Part shown: in pieces, positions 12,240 through 27,587 of the stretch
How positions within the stretch are numbered: position 1 is the stretch's first letter
Layout: every line of letters starts with the position of its first letter
NCBI GenBank assembly: GCA_964035545.1
Contig: OZ037766.1
Location: 21,006,767 to 21,070,766 of the forward strand
DNA: 64,000 nucleotides
Source: Bugula neritina
Taxonomy: Eukaryota; Animalia; Bryozoa
Direction: 5' to 3'
Notes under the pieces: model-generated
Databases searched by the model: none
The model's input: the letters and a program-made list of their open reading frames with translations, nothing else
Told to the model about the DNA's origin: nothing
Position numbers and translations under genes: made by a program

Positions 12240-15200
12240 ATGGCAAACCTGTGTCAGATTCTTATACTGCTGCTGCTTGCAACTGCACATGCATCAAAAG
12301 GTTAGTATTTGGTTGTTTTTCACATTGAAAAGCTCATGACGTAATATGTTTTTTACGAACAAGAAATCACGTACTAATTAAATAGAGAAGGCGAGTTTGG
12401 GTAATACTATTAACTTATTTGTCATGTAGCTAAAGAAAATGTTGATGAAGTTTTACAGATTTTTTATTTGCTAGCAATGTAGTAATGTGATATCTAGCTA
12501 AAGGAGAAAAGCAGATGACGAGAATGCAAAAAGCATAGAAATAACAGCTGAAGGAACAATAGGCTTGAATTGAAGTCAAAGTTCAACTAGACTAAGCTAA
12601 ATATTATTAATAATTATTATGTGTAATACTCCTGATATGAAGAAATTTGAAACTCTTTTAGTGTTTGTGTGTTTGAATGTTGTTGCTAGATGCTGTTATG
12701 TTGGTATGAGAAAAGAAAGGACAACTCCAAAAAAACGTCATGATAGGATTTGCATATTTTAGACCTCAAAACTTGGACAGCCAGTAAATAATAACTATTG
12801 CTTTCTACTCAGCAACCAAAAAATAATTTTTGTAAAAATTTTTGCTTTTTTAGCTTTTATTGGTAAGTTAAATATTTTTAACCAAGGAGAGTTGTTAGGA
12901 TCTAGCAAGTAAACATTGTCTTGTAAAAACTTTGAGTTTTATTTTTGAGGTGCAACATGGCACTCATACAAAATTTAGAGAAATCTTTATCAACAAACTG
13001 CTAACATAATATTTAAAATACACAGATTTCATAGAAGAGTAAGAGCTAGTTATCATGATGTAAATTCAAGTTCCAATTATCATATAAATTAAAGTACAGA
13101 GGCACCAGTTTCACTGTAGGCATTTGAACACTGAAATTTTAGTCTACACTGATACATATTCATGTTGACAACTTTATCTGACCTTCAATTGCCTCACATG
13201 CATGATATTGATTAGAAAAATACAATTTGATATCAAATATACTAAGTTCCAAGAGCATGCAACTCCCATTTTTTGTCATTGGATACCTTAATAATAATGT
13301 TATTCTTCTTGAGGAATTTGTAGTTTGTCCCACGGCTAACAAAAAAATTACTAACCACCTTTTCGATAATTGCTTGAGAACTTAAGAATTACTCAATAAG
13401 CTTTAAGCTTTTAATAAATTGAAAACTTACTAACTTACATTACTAACAATGTAACAGTTCAGTGATCAGGATTAAAGGCTCTCAAACTGAAGTTTAATCT
13501 CAACTATGTTGACTGATATAGTAGACATCATATTTAGTCTGAATATTTTTATTTCCAGGTGAAGACCAAATCAGCTCTACCCAGAATGGAACTGTAGAGT
13601 CTGACCAAGTCGCTACTGTATCTAGCAGAAATGCCTCAACAAAAGCTTACACGGAGAGTAAGTAGTTGTGGCATCACAAAATATCCTCTGCCTTATAAAT
13701 TTTTTTCACAGTTGCTTCAAAGCAAAAATCAGCTTTTTCTACATTTTTTTGATTTATTGCCATAAATTGGCAAATTATCTATTTGAGTCGGTTTCCAATC
13801 TGTCTTATGCATCCGGTTGTTACAACTAACATCACCTCATCACAATCTTTAGAAGATGCTCAAGAGTTTAAAAGCTCACCTGGTCGTAAATTATGTTTTT
13901 TTAATCAATGTTGCTGCTTCCGTGTCTAATAGTTTTTTAGAGTCAATATTGAAAGTAGAATAAACAAAAGAATTATCTACCTGTGAAAAAAAAGATAAAT
14001 TATTTTGTTACAGAGTCTGAAACTTCTGTCTCGCCGGAAGAGTCTCTTGATGAGTCTGTAACTACGGAGGACTGCTTGCTAAATGACACTATGAGTACTG
14101 AGACTACAGATAGCTATTTAGGTAGACAAGTTGGTGTATTTAATATGCATAGTTTCAAACAGGTCATTCTCATTCTTTCAATAATTTTATTTGACATATA
14201 ATATACATATGAATTTATTTTGACCCGATTAAGGCTCAATTAATAACACGGACATCAACGTTTATTATAGAAGATGAAAATTCAACTTTATCTGAAGAGA
14301 TGTCTAGCTATGCTGAGAATACAACCACAGCTGAGTTGACCACCACTACTCCTACCACCACAACTCCTACCACCACAACTCCAGCTCCAAGGAAAATAGG
14401 TATAACCATAGCTTAATTCAAAGTAAGCAAGTACTGCTTTATAGACCATCACTTACAAATAATTAAAGTTGAGCAGTTTTGGTGAAGTATAAATATTATG
14501 CAATACAAAATTGAAATGGTTTTATGAAATGCATTCTTGTAAAGTATTTTGTAAAGAAATAAGACAACTCCAATAGCGCTGCCTTGTGCTATAACACAAA
14601 GATATGCATAGAAAGAGAAAGAAATGTTGGTAAATATGGCACATTAGAATGGTTCGCTGCTTCTCCTTCAGTTTTAATTTATAACGCAGTAAGGTTAAGT
14701 TGCCATATTGTTAAGATTTCCCAGTAGCTCCTGTAGCGCAATAATTAGCAGGCTAGCTTGCAAGTTAGAGGTCTGTGTTTTGATTCCCAGTGGGGCGATA
14801 GTTGACCAGCTCCCACTACAACTTTTTAGTAACCTGCCCAACAGGCTACACGCTCTGTCTGTACAAAGAGATTTGCTTAAAAATGTCCAGTGGTCATAAG
14901 ACCTGGTCCATGGCTAAGGAGGCTTGTGAGAAAAACCAAAGTTCACTGCTGGTCATAGAAGATCCACAGTTTATCAACTGGTTCAGGACTTTAAAATCAC
15001 AAAGTCGAGGTAAAAATGAAATTTGATTATCTTTTTCTTTATAACTTTTTATTATGTTTTAAATAATGGTATTCATAAATTTTAAAAAATAATCTCTAAT
15101 AGTATGTGCAAATAGTATATGGTATGTATATAATGATATATAAAGAATATGCAAAATGTTGGCACATAAACTACAGTACCATAAAAAAAGCCATAGATAA

Positions 15201-15674
15201 AAGTGCAATTTGTTATGATTACAATTCAAATTATAAGGTAAATCTTAGTGTGTCTTGCATATTAATTTTAAAATATACAATATAGTATTTTAAGAATTGC
15301 TATATAATAGCCATATTTTGAAATATTAATATAAAATATGTTGAATAATAATTTCCAATAACTGTCTGCAATAACTACATATTCAAAGTGTTTTCTCATT
15401 GATAATCAAATTTATATTTGTAGATTGGGAGTCTCATGATTCTACTTGGATAGCAGGGAAAAGAGATGGCGGGAATCTTTTGTGGGAGTGGCATGGAAGA
15501 AAGACAGGTCAGATGTATCACTCTGATTTCGAACAGGGTGAGCCTAATATCGATCAAGGTAATTCCGCATGTCTCATCACATACGGCCTATACAAGCTGA
15601 CGTGGGAAGACGAAAACTGTGAAAAATCATTCAGATATGTTTGTGAAAAACCAGCTACGGTGAATTGGGTGTAA
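12240..15674 (+). CDS. Secreted C-type lectin with acidic Ser/Thr-rich (mucin-like) stalk, CTL-B (275 aa; EPN / WED)
   Basis: Exons 12240-12300 (MANLCQILILLLLATAHASK), 13559-13657, 14014-14121, 14271-14399 (S/T/E-rich, TTTTP x3), 14830-15009, 15424-15674; all introns phase 1; 828 nt. Confidence 0.85.
14727..14798 (+). mobile_element. Degenerate tRNA-like head (probable SINE remnant) in intron 4 of CTL-B
   Basis: GCTCCTGTAGCGCAAT..TTAGC..CTTGCAAG..GGTC..TTTGATTCCCAGTGGGGCGA has a tRNA layout with decayed A/B boxes and resembles the element at 57591-57670. Confidence 0.4.
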
Positions 15675-17167
15675 AAAACCAACTGTTTCAATATTGTTTT
15701 CATTTTGGTTAGTAATAAAAATAATATTATATACAGATAATGAAAAATATCAGCGATAACCATGTTCAAAAACAATACTAAAAGCAGGTGCTGTTCATTA
15801 AGTAAGTATAAGAGTTACTAGTGACTGCTGTCATAGCTTTAGCTCTAACGTGAAACTAAAGGTGATTCATTTAGTCATTACAAACACATGTTACGATATT
15901 AATATTTTTTTCAAAACACTCAGTAAAAACTAATAATTGCTCCTTTTTATGTCAAACATTATTTCAAGTGAAAATGCAACAAATAAATTGATTATATAAT
16001 ATTGTGCAATTTATTTACTTTTTGCTGACTTTTCATACTATTTTTAGCTGAAAGGTGCATTTATAATTACAACATGCAGTCGAAACATCAAATTGGCACA
16101 AGGCTATTGCTGATTGTGTCAAACTGGATAACAGGTAACCAAGACGCGAAAAAACATTTATCAATAGTTGTATTGCTCACTATAAGTGTATATGAAAGAA
16201 TAACATAAGAACATAGGCTAACATTTATTTTCAAAAAAATACAAAGTTGTGTTTCAACAGTGTTTGAAGGACCTTGTAAATAAAAGTCTTTTTCTGTGAA
16301 AATAGGGTTTACTGACAACATAGCACATGAAACATAGGTAATGAAAACATTCTAACCTTTGACCTGTGCCAATAAAGAAAGCTAATCTTATGACTTAAGA
16401 TGTAGTACTATTTAAAACCAGGAGAGTGATGGTACATCAAATGTAAGTGACTTATAGCTGTTCTTCCTTCGTAACTAAACTTCTATGAATTGCTGCCATC
16501 ATACAGAGAGTGATATTATTCAAATAAAGTGTTGTACTGATGAGCGAAAAAATCTCAGAACAGCTGCTGTCCACAGATTGAGATATATATACATGTATGT
16601 ATGTAATGTATGTAATGTATATAATGTATATAATGTATATAAATTAGGCCATGGCAATGTCTTTGATCATTGTCAGCTATTGATGTAGCGATTACCACAA
16701 CAACTCTAAGTAAATCTCTAACCCACCAGTGTTTTCTTTTGTTCTTAAATTAATAATATAGCAAGTATTTGACAATAGTGCACAATATGCAACATAATTT
16801 ATTTGTTGTACCTTAAAAGTTAAAGTATATATTACCTGCTTAGTTGCAAGCTTTGTCCAAACACATACAATGGCTTCTTTTAGAGAAAAAAACAAAACAT
16901 AATTAATTTTTTATTATGAATATACTACAATAAATTTAATTAATTAAACAGTCCAATTTGTACAATAGGCTTAGGCTACATGCTACAAAATAAAAATTTA
17001 ACTCAAAACTTTGAACTTCCTAGAACATATTTTTTGTAACACAAACATTTTTTTAGAATCCAAAAATATTTAGGGGTTAAACAACATGAAAATTCATCAA
17101 CGAAATTGTTTGTTGACTTTAAATTGAACACATGAACAGTCATAAAAAGATGTTCAATTGTTTTAAT

Positions 17168-19480
<2,313 letters not shown>

Positions 19481-20034
19481 TTTGGTTCCCACAGCTGAAT
19501 TAAGTTCAAAATGAAATGTTGGAGAGAAGTCTGCTGCCTTTGCTTGGAGTCTTCTAAGATATGCTCTGAAAACCGTGCAAGAGACAAAAAGAATCATTTG
19601 TGCATTTGAATATTTTAATTGCTGTATCTTTGAATAAAACTGGTTCTGTAAATAACTTGTGGTTCAACAAAATCTGCTCACAATTTTTTCTTTCATGTTT
19701 GAATAGCAGGAAAGAAATGCAATTTGTTTTAGAGTAAGTAAGGAAGTAAGTAATACAACATAACATGATTCTTTATAATATACATGAATTTAGTATTGCG
19801 TTATATCTGCTATGGATGCTATGTCATCTTATTTTAATGAAATATTGATTACAGTAGAAAAACTTGTACTTCAAGATTGTAGTCAATAGTCAAAGAACTT
19901 TAGTTAGGAATAACATGCTGTAGACATTGAAACATATGAAGTCTTGTTTTATGTAGTTTAGTTGCCAGAAAACCCCACATGGAGCTCAAGCAGATATGAG
20001 CTTTAATGTAGACAACCAAGTGTTATATGGCATC

Positions 20035-20229
20035 TGTGTGTGTGAGTGTGTGAGTGTGTGAGTGTGTGACTGTGTGTGTGTGTGACTGTGCGTGTGTGAG
20101 TGTGTGACTGTGTGTGTGTGAGTGTGTGACTGTGTGTGTGTGTGCGTGTGTGTGTGTGTGAGTGTGCGTGTGTGAGTGTGTGAGTGTGTATGAGTGTGTG
20201 AGTGTGTATGAGTGTGTATGAGTGTGTGA

Positions 20230-20299
<70 letters not shown>

Positions 20300-20318
20300 G
20301 TGTGTGTGTGTGTGTGTG
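20035..20318. repeat. Compound (GT)n/(GTGA)n microsatellite
   Basis: Directly visible. Confidence 0.97.
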
Positions 20319-20753
20319 GTTAGTATTATAGTTGTATATGTAGACAAGTGTAGACGTTTATGTATAGGTGTGTGCATGGGTATCTGTGTGTAGGTATGTG
20401 TAACCTTTTATTAAGTTGTTGCTTTGGTTTCATATTTTTTAACTGCCATCAAATCATTTTTATAAGCTTTAATATATCATGTGAAATTGCTGCAATATGC
20501 TCTACCATAACAAAATATATCATCATTGACCCATAATTAAAGAATGCAACTTAATATTGTTATTTTACCGTTCTCAGTGGTGCAATTAGTGAATAGCTAA
20601 CATCTTATTAGTGCATTAAACCAGCAAAACAAGTTACAATAAAAGAGACTCAATTTACAAAAACATATAATTTTATAATACTTATATATAATAAAAAGCA
20701 AGTTGTTTATTTTCAGTCTAAACTTCAAGTAAGAGAGACGCTATACATAGAAA

Positions 20754-22766
20754 ATGATGACCTAGTATGAAATAGTTGGACTACTTCTTCTACTTAAGGC
20801 TGTATGTACATGGCAAGTAGCAGATGAAAAAGCTACTAGTAAGTTAATTTATAGTTGTTGAAATTGAAACATTTTTATGGTAATTACAAAGCATTAAATA
20901 TTAGAAAGTTTTTTTATTAGTTGTATATAGTGAGTACCAAACCTTAGCACACTATAATTAGCTACATAATTGCAACCAAAATTCAAAGATTAAAGCTCCA
21001 GAATGCCATTAGCAGCACTGCCTTTACAGATAATATATATAGCAACCAATATTTTTGAAATAGATTTTAGATTTCATTAGACATAGTTAGAATTCAGTAT
21101 TTATAAAATGAGGCAGGCATATGATTAATAACTGCTAAGATCAAAGAGGTATGGTTCACACTAATAATTATGATATACATAATATCAAAATGGCAGCATA
21201 TTTCCTTGCTCTGTGAAGGAACGATGCTTGAAGCTATAGGAATAAGCAAGTTTTAATTTTCCATTTAAAAATTGGCCTCTATTATAGTGAATAGCCAATA
21301 GTAATTATGCATGGCCAGTTCATTGCTGCCTCATAAACAATTATACTACTTGATGCTTTCAGTCTTGAAGTAAATTCTACTTGTTGAATTGAAATTTAAG
21401 TCTTGTAGAGTATGATCCTAAAGTCATTTAAAAGTTCAGCACAAGAGTTGTCACCACTTAAAAGTCGATAGTAAGATTTACACACTACAATAGGCAGTAG
21501 CGAGCTGACTGCCACTGAAAATCAATATTCTATTTATGTTCACAAAACGAACTTCTAAGATATAACTTACAATTATTAACGAAAAATCTGGCAAAATCTG
21601 TTCTCTCACCAAAGTTTGAATTGTAAAGTTGAGATACTAATACTGGTTACATAAATATAAAAACAAGATATAAACCGCAAGTTATAAATTATATTATATA
21701 TGAGTAAAAGTTAAGAAAAATACTGATTTTCTATTTAAAAACAACATTTTATAAACTTTCATAAAACAAAAATAAATTTTTTATAAGTAACCGTAGAGAT
21801 TTAGAATGATCAATCGAGTTCTAAAAGTTAGTGTTGATTAGTTTAAATTCCTTGACCTTGACAGTATCGATTAATAATAGTTTTAATATTATATTTTCGC
21901 TTCATGCAGTCTATTGCCCTTCTGGGTATCTTCAAAATCCGACAAATATGAAGTGCCTGTGGAGGTCACCATGAATAGCAACTTGGGAACAAGCTAAGAG
22001 AATTTGTGAGAAAAAAGGAGAAAATCTAATGGTTTTGAATACTCCAAGTAGCATCAAGTGGTTTCGACATGCCAGAAAGACTGTTTATGGTAAACAATGA
22101 GATTTCCCCTTGAACTTTACCGATCAGACATTTTTATTATAAGGCTTTGACTATCTAGAACAAAACTATTATATAATATTATATAATTATATTATAAAAA
22201 ACTCACACAAGTTTATAGTCACCAGCCCTGCGAGAAAACCTCTGATGGAAAAAGATTTTTGTTGAACCGGGTAAGGACTTACTAAGATGAGGCACAGTAG
22301 CAATTATGACTGGATGCTCTTCCTAACATCACCAATGATCTTTGTGCAGGCTTGAACACATGACTTCGGGCTTACTAGGCAAACGCTCTAACCCTTAGAC
22401 CACGGCTGCTCTTTATATAATTATATTATAGCAGTATTTTTAATTGATGCAGGATGGCGAAGATTTGGTTTATGGATAGGAGGTAGAAGAGTTGGTGGTG
22501 TTTGGAAATGGATTGGTAAAAAAAATGAAACTATTAAGTATTTTGATTGGTACAAAGATCAACCAGACCCCAAGCTAAAAAAAATCACACATGTTTGTAT
22601 AAAAGTATTTGGAGCAGTATTTGGAACAAATGGCATAAAGGATCCATCATGGGGAACTCGTATTTGTGATTGGTTCTACTCATTTGCATGCGAGAGACCT
22701 CCATCTTATAGGGATGGTAGACTTCACCTGTATCGACACTTTCTAAAAGGAGCCTTTGGATCTTGA
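20754..22766 (+). pseudogene. C-type lectin pseudogene CTL-C (QPD / WGT)
   Basis: Family three-exon layout 20754-20838, 21910-22089 (180 nt), 22453-22766 with intact splice sites, but in-frame TAG at codon 4 (20763-20765) and TGA at 21972-21974. Confidence 0.85.
22197..22412 (-). mobile_element. tRNA-derived SINE, about 216 bp, with 18-bp target-site duplication
   Basis: Minus strand begins GAGCAGCCGTGGTCTAAGGGTTAGAGCG (A-box-like) and contains GTTCAAGCC (B box). Direct repeat TTATATAATTATATTATA at 22179-22196 and 22413-22430. Confidence 0.75.
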
Positions 22767-23627
22767 GTTGATGGTGTGCACTATAATTGTTTTATTTCTG
22801 GTAACCTAACTTTTTTAAAACTGAATGTGTTTTTTTGAATAATTAGCACTTTGAAACTTATGTCAATGCCAACGATATTAAGCTATGAATTGTATCAGAA
22901 CCTCATTGCTAACGTCAAAAGAAACTTTTACTTCAGCTTATGATTTCATAAATTCTCAAATAAAATCAAACACAAGCAACATTTATTAAAAATGATACTC
23001 ATGCCTTTGTAAGATAACAGAGCTATAGGCCTACTTGCTTTTGAAGGAAATAGCATAGATTATAGTTGCATCATCACATACTAAACCCTATTACTCCATA
23101 AGGCTTGCATTAGCAGATCTAAACTACATCGACTGAAAATTGCATAAACAGATTATACTAAAGCTATTGGCAGCAAAAAAATTAATCTATAGTATGTTAA
23201 ATTCTTATTAGCAGTTTATAGTTTTTCTAAAACTTATTACAAATCTTTAAATTAGCAGTGAGGAAGCTGAATATTAACCTGAATGACTTTAGATCTGCCA
23301 ATTGCTGTGATAATCTTTCAATGTTTTATTTACGTGTCCCCCTGCATTGTACTTAAAATTACCAATTGCTTTCAGTCTTTGACAGAAGAAAAGTGTATAC
23401 TTGGCATATGACTTATTATACCTCTTGCACACTCAAAGAAAGTTGTGCTGGCTGCATGTTACGGCTACACAAAGATGTACTTAGAATAATAACACAACTT
23501 AATTTATCAGTGATCAAACCATTTCAGCAATTCAATTTGATAAACTAAAATGTCAAACAAAAATTATTGGATAAATTTCCTAAATGAATAATCATTGATA
23601 ATTAATTAAGTAATTTATTTATGAGAT

Positions 23628-24096
23628 AAGAGGGAGTGGGGCGAATTGAACTACAGGGCTATAAGTTAAACCATGCTCTAAAATCTAAATGCTCTAAATT
23701 TTCTCTTTAAAATCATTGCCCAATTTCACCTCATTTATTTGAGAGCTTTTTAGGTGAATTACCAGTCATATAGAAATATATAAAATCAAAGCAGAAGTTT
23801 TCAGGTGAGCAAGTATTTGTTACATTTTTTAGATAAAAATGAGCAAACTAAAAATTTATGTTTTCATAAGATGTTGCATATAGCTTCTTAAATTTTAAGA
23901 ACCCAGTCAAATAAATTTAACCATGTCTTGTCAACACGCATTCAAGGCTGGGCAATATGACCTAAAGCTGTTGCAGAGATATCTTATTTACAGCAGGTAT
24001 TGACGATAGTTTGTAGCGTGACAGTGTGGGGCTAGTTGAACCACATAGGAAGTCGGCAGTTGAACCAGGTACTTTACTAGCCTCACCTTCTCCTAC
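23628..24096. mobile_element. Non-autonomous TIR DNA transposon (GTAGGGGAGGGTGGGGCTAGTTGAACC-type ends), old copy
   Basis: Imperfect inverted ends (AAGAGGGAGTGGGGCGAATTGAAC / ACTAGCCTCACCTTCTCCTAC); colinear along its length with 48065-48503. Confidence 0.7.
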
Positions 24097-25419
24097 TTAT
24101 TTCGCTAGACACTTTAAAACTGTTGCAGCATCTAAGAAATTTTAGCTTTTGTTTGAATATTCCTATATGTACTGTATGTAGTATGTGATTTATTAAATTG
24201 TTATTATGTAGCAGCACAGATTAGATAAAAATGAAAAATACCAAAAAGTTTGAGAAAAGAAGAGAAGCTAGTGGGCATACACAACAATGTGTTTTTAAAT
24301 GAATTTATAAATTATATATTATGCTATATTTGGCATAGGAATTTTGACAATTATAGATGTTTAAAAGCTACAAGCTTGCAAAAAGAACTGATGATCTATT
24401 CATGGCCTACAAAAAATAATTTCAATTTAAACTTTTGCTAAAATTTATGCGGATAATGCAAATATGTGCTAATATGATAAAAAGCAATGGGACAATGGTT
24501 ATATGCTAAACATTAATAGTGAGTGAAATAAACAATTCAACAAATGATGACAATAAATAATGATTTAACTAAAAGTATTGCAGTATTTTTAAGTGAAAAC
24601 TGCATAATTTCTATGAAGGCTAATTTTATCTAAAAATTATATGGAGCTAAATTAGGTAGGCAGCAATTGAAATAATATTTCTGCTATCTATTCATAAAAG
24701 TCAAGCCTAAAACAAAGTTTACAAGAATAGCAAGTTGAAAAATATTTTTTTTAAAGTTTTGGTCTGCATGAATAACTGTAAACTATTTTCGGGTTTTATT
24801 TATTTTAAAATCTTTTTGTCTTTGAAGTTTAGAATAAAAATCAAAATGACTTGCTGGCTTCCTTGATGAGTGTCTAACTTGAAACAATAGAGTAGGAGAA
24901 AATGAAAATCTTTTGACTTTTTACCTATATATTCTTCCTTAAGTCACTTAAAAGCACGATCAAACTGTTCCTGGTATACGTATGCATTTAAAAAATTACT
25001 GGAGAGTTTTTGATAATTGCAAGCTACGCTGCATTGCCTTATTTAATAATATTATCATACTGTATTTCAATGAAATTTTTGTTATGCATAAAAACTCAAC
25101 ATGTTATCAGGTTGCCGAGTCAAGCTGTTTAATTAACCTCCTATATATAATGATAGAAGTTATAAACTTTAACATTAGAATTTATGCAAGTTTCCTAACA
25201 GGTTCTTAGTAGGGTGTTGAGGCATAAGTATAATAATTAAGTTTTGAAGTAGAGGACTCTGTAATTATTTTCAAAGGTGCTCCTCTAAGGTAAAGAGTTA
25301 ACTACTAATTGTTTATACAATTTAATACCTGCTTTATAACTAAAGTGGTTTATAAACGCCAACATGTAGTTTAAACAGATACTGTTCATAAGATCCATGT
25401 TCAACATCTACACTGCAAG

Positions 25420-27318
25420 ATGGTAAACTTACCTGGTACCAAGACATATTTGGTGTTACATCTTTTAGCCATAAGCCTAAGATCTATAATTTGCACTCCT
25501 ACAGGTGAGTGTGAAAATATTTCTAAGATTTAAATGAACAATAAATTTAAATCAACTATCTAACTTTTAACTTAACAATTTACCTCAATTAAATTGTACC
25601 TATAGTGTATAAGTTACTTTTGGTTAAGTAAGCAAAATGTATTCTACAATCGAACTGAGCAATTGACTCTAGGCACCTATAATACACCTTTAATACAGGA
25701 CAAAATAAATTAGTTGAACAGCAGAAAGTTATTTGATGAACAGTTACTATATATACATGTATATAAAAATGCATTATTTGAAACAGCTATAATATATACT
25801 CAGTGCGGTGTGAAAATATTAAAAGCAGCAAAAAATAAACAAATACAAAGATTCGACCAGTAGTTTTGAACATTAATTAACTGATTAATTAATTTAATTT
25901 AATTGATTTAATTTAATAACATTTAATTAATTAATTAATTAAACTGCATTAAAAAAGTCTTGTTTAATATTTTTACCTTTACTTTTATGCTCTGCTATAT
26001 TTTTAATATTTTTTTAAATGTTCATACTAGAACATCAATAACTTGTTTCAATTTATTTACAGTTATAAAAGCTAATAAAAGCTATAATGTCTAACATTGC
26101 AATGTTGTCTGTGCTTTGTATTTTATTTGAATTATATTATCAAATTGAAGTATGTGAATTACTGAACAGTTTTGTGTCATTTAAGTTTTGGTGGCCAAAT
26201 GCCCTGAAAAATCTGTCCACAATCCATACAAAGACACGTGTGTTACTCTCTCCAATGATAAATTGGCTTGGGACGATGCAAAGGATGCCTGTGAAGGTAA
26301 AGGAGGAACTCTGTTGACTTTGGAAACCTTAGAAGAAGTTGAGTGGTTCAGGACTTTAAGATCTCACAACTCAGGTAAGGGTTAGATGGCAAAGACGTTA
26401 TTATGACATGCAGTTAATTTGTCTCCGCTTTAAATACTGTTTTAAACGGTACATTCATTACACATTATTAGTTTCATTTATTAGGAGTATATTGGTTGTA
26501 ATTCACCTGCATTTCTTGAATTATTGAGAACTGATCATGATACTGGAAATAATATAAAGTTATTCTAAGTTATTTGTTGTCTAGATATAAACAATCATTG
26601 TTTTAAATTTGAAAAAAATTGTCGCAATCGTTTGATAGCTTGCAGTACATATGACAGTATGTCATTACAAGTACAAGTGACATTAACATTTCCTCATAGC
26701 GGTTCAGTGATAAGATTATAAAAGTATTTTTTCCCAAACTGCTATTATCAGCTACTGTATAATTGATTTTTAAGATAAGTATGAACTATACATGTAAAAA
26801 GAGCCTAAATTAAATATTTTTGCTGCTTAAATGGTTATATGTCGGAAAGACCAACGAAATATTTCAATCTTGGATCTTTCATTAATGGAAAATTTGGCTT
26901 GCATACAATTATTTTGAGCAATTTTGCATTTCAGTAGGCTAAAAAAGTTTCTTTTTTGTCATTTTATTTTAAAGGAAAATTTTTTATTTACTATTGTATT
27001 TACAATGTAGAAATGACAATAACTACACAATAGATATATAGCTGATCAATGCATGTATTATATTGAGTTTTTGATTCTTTAGATTGGGGCAACAGTGTGG
27101 CTATTTGGATTGGTGGGAGACAGCTCTATGGTGCTTGGTACTGGGAAGGTAAAAAGAGAGTTCCAATAGAGTTCACGGATTGGAATATCCGAGAACCAAA
27201 CAGTTACAAAAAGGACGACATGTGCCTACAGGTTATTGGTTGGCCGAAGCTAAACTGGAATGATCATGGATGCTTTACTGTAATAAATTATGCTTGTGAA
27301 AAGAAAGCACCTGCATGA
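25420..27318 (+). CDS. Secreted C-type lectin CTL-D (169 aa; EPN / WND)
   Basis: Exons 25420-25504 (MVNLPGTKTYLVLHLLAISLRSIIC..), 26186-26374, 27083-27318; six conserved Cys; WIGG, EPN, WND. Confidence 0.9.
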
Positions 27319-27504
27319 TAGTAGTTCTCAACATTATTGTAGTTTAAGCATATTTTGTGCAAAATACAGTAACTTTTGTTGAAAATGCTGTTGAGGATTT
27401 TTGTATGATATGCCTATAATGTATTCAGAAGAGAGTATACTTAATATCTAGCTTTCAAATAAATTTTGTTGTGGCATAATATGTTGCAGTAAGACACTCT
27501 CATT

Positions 27505-27507
<3 letters not shown>

Positions 27508-27581
<74 letters not shown>

Positions 27582-27587
27582 TATATA
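27508..27587. repeat. (AT)n microsatellite
   Basis: Directly visible. Confidence 0.95.

Noticed and set aside
20003-20393. Poly-HT, poly-VC, poly-IY and poly-LS ORFs (also 18005-18262, 34957-35229, 45732-46115)
   Set aside because: Translations of dinucleotide microsatellites.
21972-21974. In-frame TGA as possible selenocysteine or readthrough
   Set aside because: Not at a Cys position, and the same gene has a TAG at codon 4. The nearby ATG at 20767 reads ATG AAA TAG.
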